A stretch of DNA of 64,000 bases from Polymyxa betae A26-41 (taxonomy: Eukaryota; Protista; Endomyxa: Phytomyxea). Position numbers and translations under genes: made by a program. Below are positions 62,893 to 64,000 of the stretch, piece by piece. The stretch spans positions 1-64,000 of the forward strand of contig RBZT01000703.1 in NCBI GenBank assembly GCA_003693705.1, read 5' to 3'. The notes below the pieces were generated by a model. The model searched no databases. It saw nothing but the letters and a program-made list of their open reading frames with translations, and was not told the origin of the DNA. The stretch's first letter is position 1, and each line of letters starts with the position of its first letter.

Positions 62893-64000
62893 TTATTCGG
62901 TTTGGCACAGCAAGGCAGCACCTTTCAGCACCCAGTGATTTGGTGGCTTACTGGTTGGAAGGTCGATGGCCAGTATGAAGTTTGTTGATTGACCGGTAGT
63001 CGATAAAACACCTGCTCTTGCAGAAGTCTTATAGACGGGACACTGATAATCTTTCTTGTTCGACTTCTCGTCTGATGGCAAAAAATGAATAGCAGGCGCC
63101 ATCTAGGTTGAGTTTAACACGATAAGACTAGGGTTATTAAGTATTACCGAAGTGCATTGGCCACTCCTGGCTTCCGCAATCTGATTTGTTGACACATCCC
63201 ATTGAGCTCCGTCCATATGTAAGCCGTAAATCACCACGCCATCTTCAGGTGGAGTTTGAATGTCTTCCAGAGAATAGACATCCAATACTTTGAAAGCAAA
63301 ATTCAAGCTATCAATTGGAACCACGTGCTTTCTTGCAAATGACTAGTTCCAAGTTGGCAATCACCGAACGCTAATTCCTTTCGAGCAGCTTACCTGCAAG
63401 ACTCCCGTCATAAATCCTTGAGGGAAGAAGAAACCTGGCAACCAAAATGCATTTGGTCTGCCATTTACAAGCCAGTTCCTCATGAAAACGACACGTCTGG
63501 TTAGATCCTCCATCCAGACGGATAATGATTTTAAGCTGGGATAAGCTGCAGCAGCCCTACAACGATATCAGGGAAGGCGTCAAGATCCCTTGCTCTGGAT
63601 ACCAGTTTTTGGGTACACGGTTCGCGAGAAATGATGAATACATCATATCCAGAACGTTAGACATCGCAACTTGACCAACAATTGCCTTCCCTAACTGTAC
63701 CAAAGAACTGAAATGCAATAGTTAGTACAGCAAGCAGAATCTCAAAGGAGGTAATAGATGACCTTCGAATCACATTTAACAACCGATTAAATCTGTCAAT
63801 CTCCTGGGACAGCACGGTATCCAGGGAATCCATGACTCCATTGAGATTGAGCTGGAATATAGAGAAATGAGCATTTTTGCGGTCTAGAAGGGGTGGCATA
63901 GAGTCCTAATCAACGTATAAATAAGACGCAGCGTGTTCGAAAGGAGCAATACCAGGAAGCTCTGAACAATTTGTGCAACAATTTGGTCGGCTGTCAGACT
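62893..64000 (-). CDS. Axonemal dynein heavy chain, C-terminal exons (gene continues beyond the window)
   Basis: VLSQEIDRFNRLL, AYPSLKSLSVW, FWLPGFFFPQGFMTGVLQ and YQCPVYKTSARAGVLSTTGQSTNF. Confidence 0.96.

Overview
Gene-dense eukaryotic nuclear DNA with many short GT-AG introns, flagellar genes (RSP3, MYCBPAP, BBS5, axonemal dynein HC, K40 alpha-tubulin) and TTT(T)AGGG telomere-like repeats. It most resembles a zoosporic protist such as a plasmodiophorid (Phytomyxea, Rhizaria); that assignment is inference. About 30 protein-coding genes can be supported, mostly housekeeping: RCE1, GST-kappa, SUN protein, LEO1, SDR, GPI8, OSCP, GDE1/GPCPD1, KPTN-like, ISCU, PES1 and MDH1. Several secreted or effector-like orphans are also present. 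Mobile DNA comprises a frameshifted RT-RNase H LINE (1-3060), a 152-bp 5'-truncated relative with a TSD (62537-62688) and an internally deleted mariner (51893-52472); there is also a divergent solitary 5S rRNA copy. The most unusual signals are: (i) a covarying, multi-stem 3' RNA structure shared by the two LINE ends; (ii) a near-identical pseudo-palindromic 14-bp target flanking both, in opposite orientations; (iii) a ~4.2-kb island (12.6-16.9 kb) with 51 hand-counted GTAAC/GTTAC pentamers, some inside exons, plus clustered telomere-like repeats; (iv) a probable dead RNA-ligase/P-loop kinase fusion; (v) a hybrid SPX-ANK-CBM20-GDPD architecture. Exon boundaries and family assignments were made by eye, without database searches.
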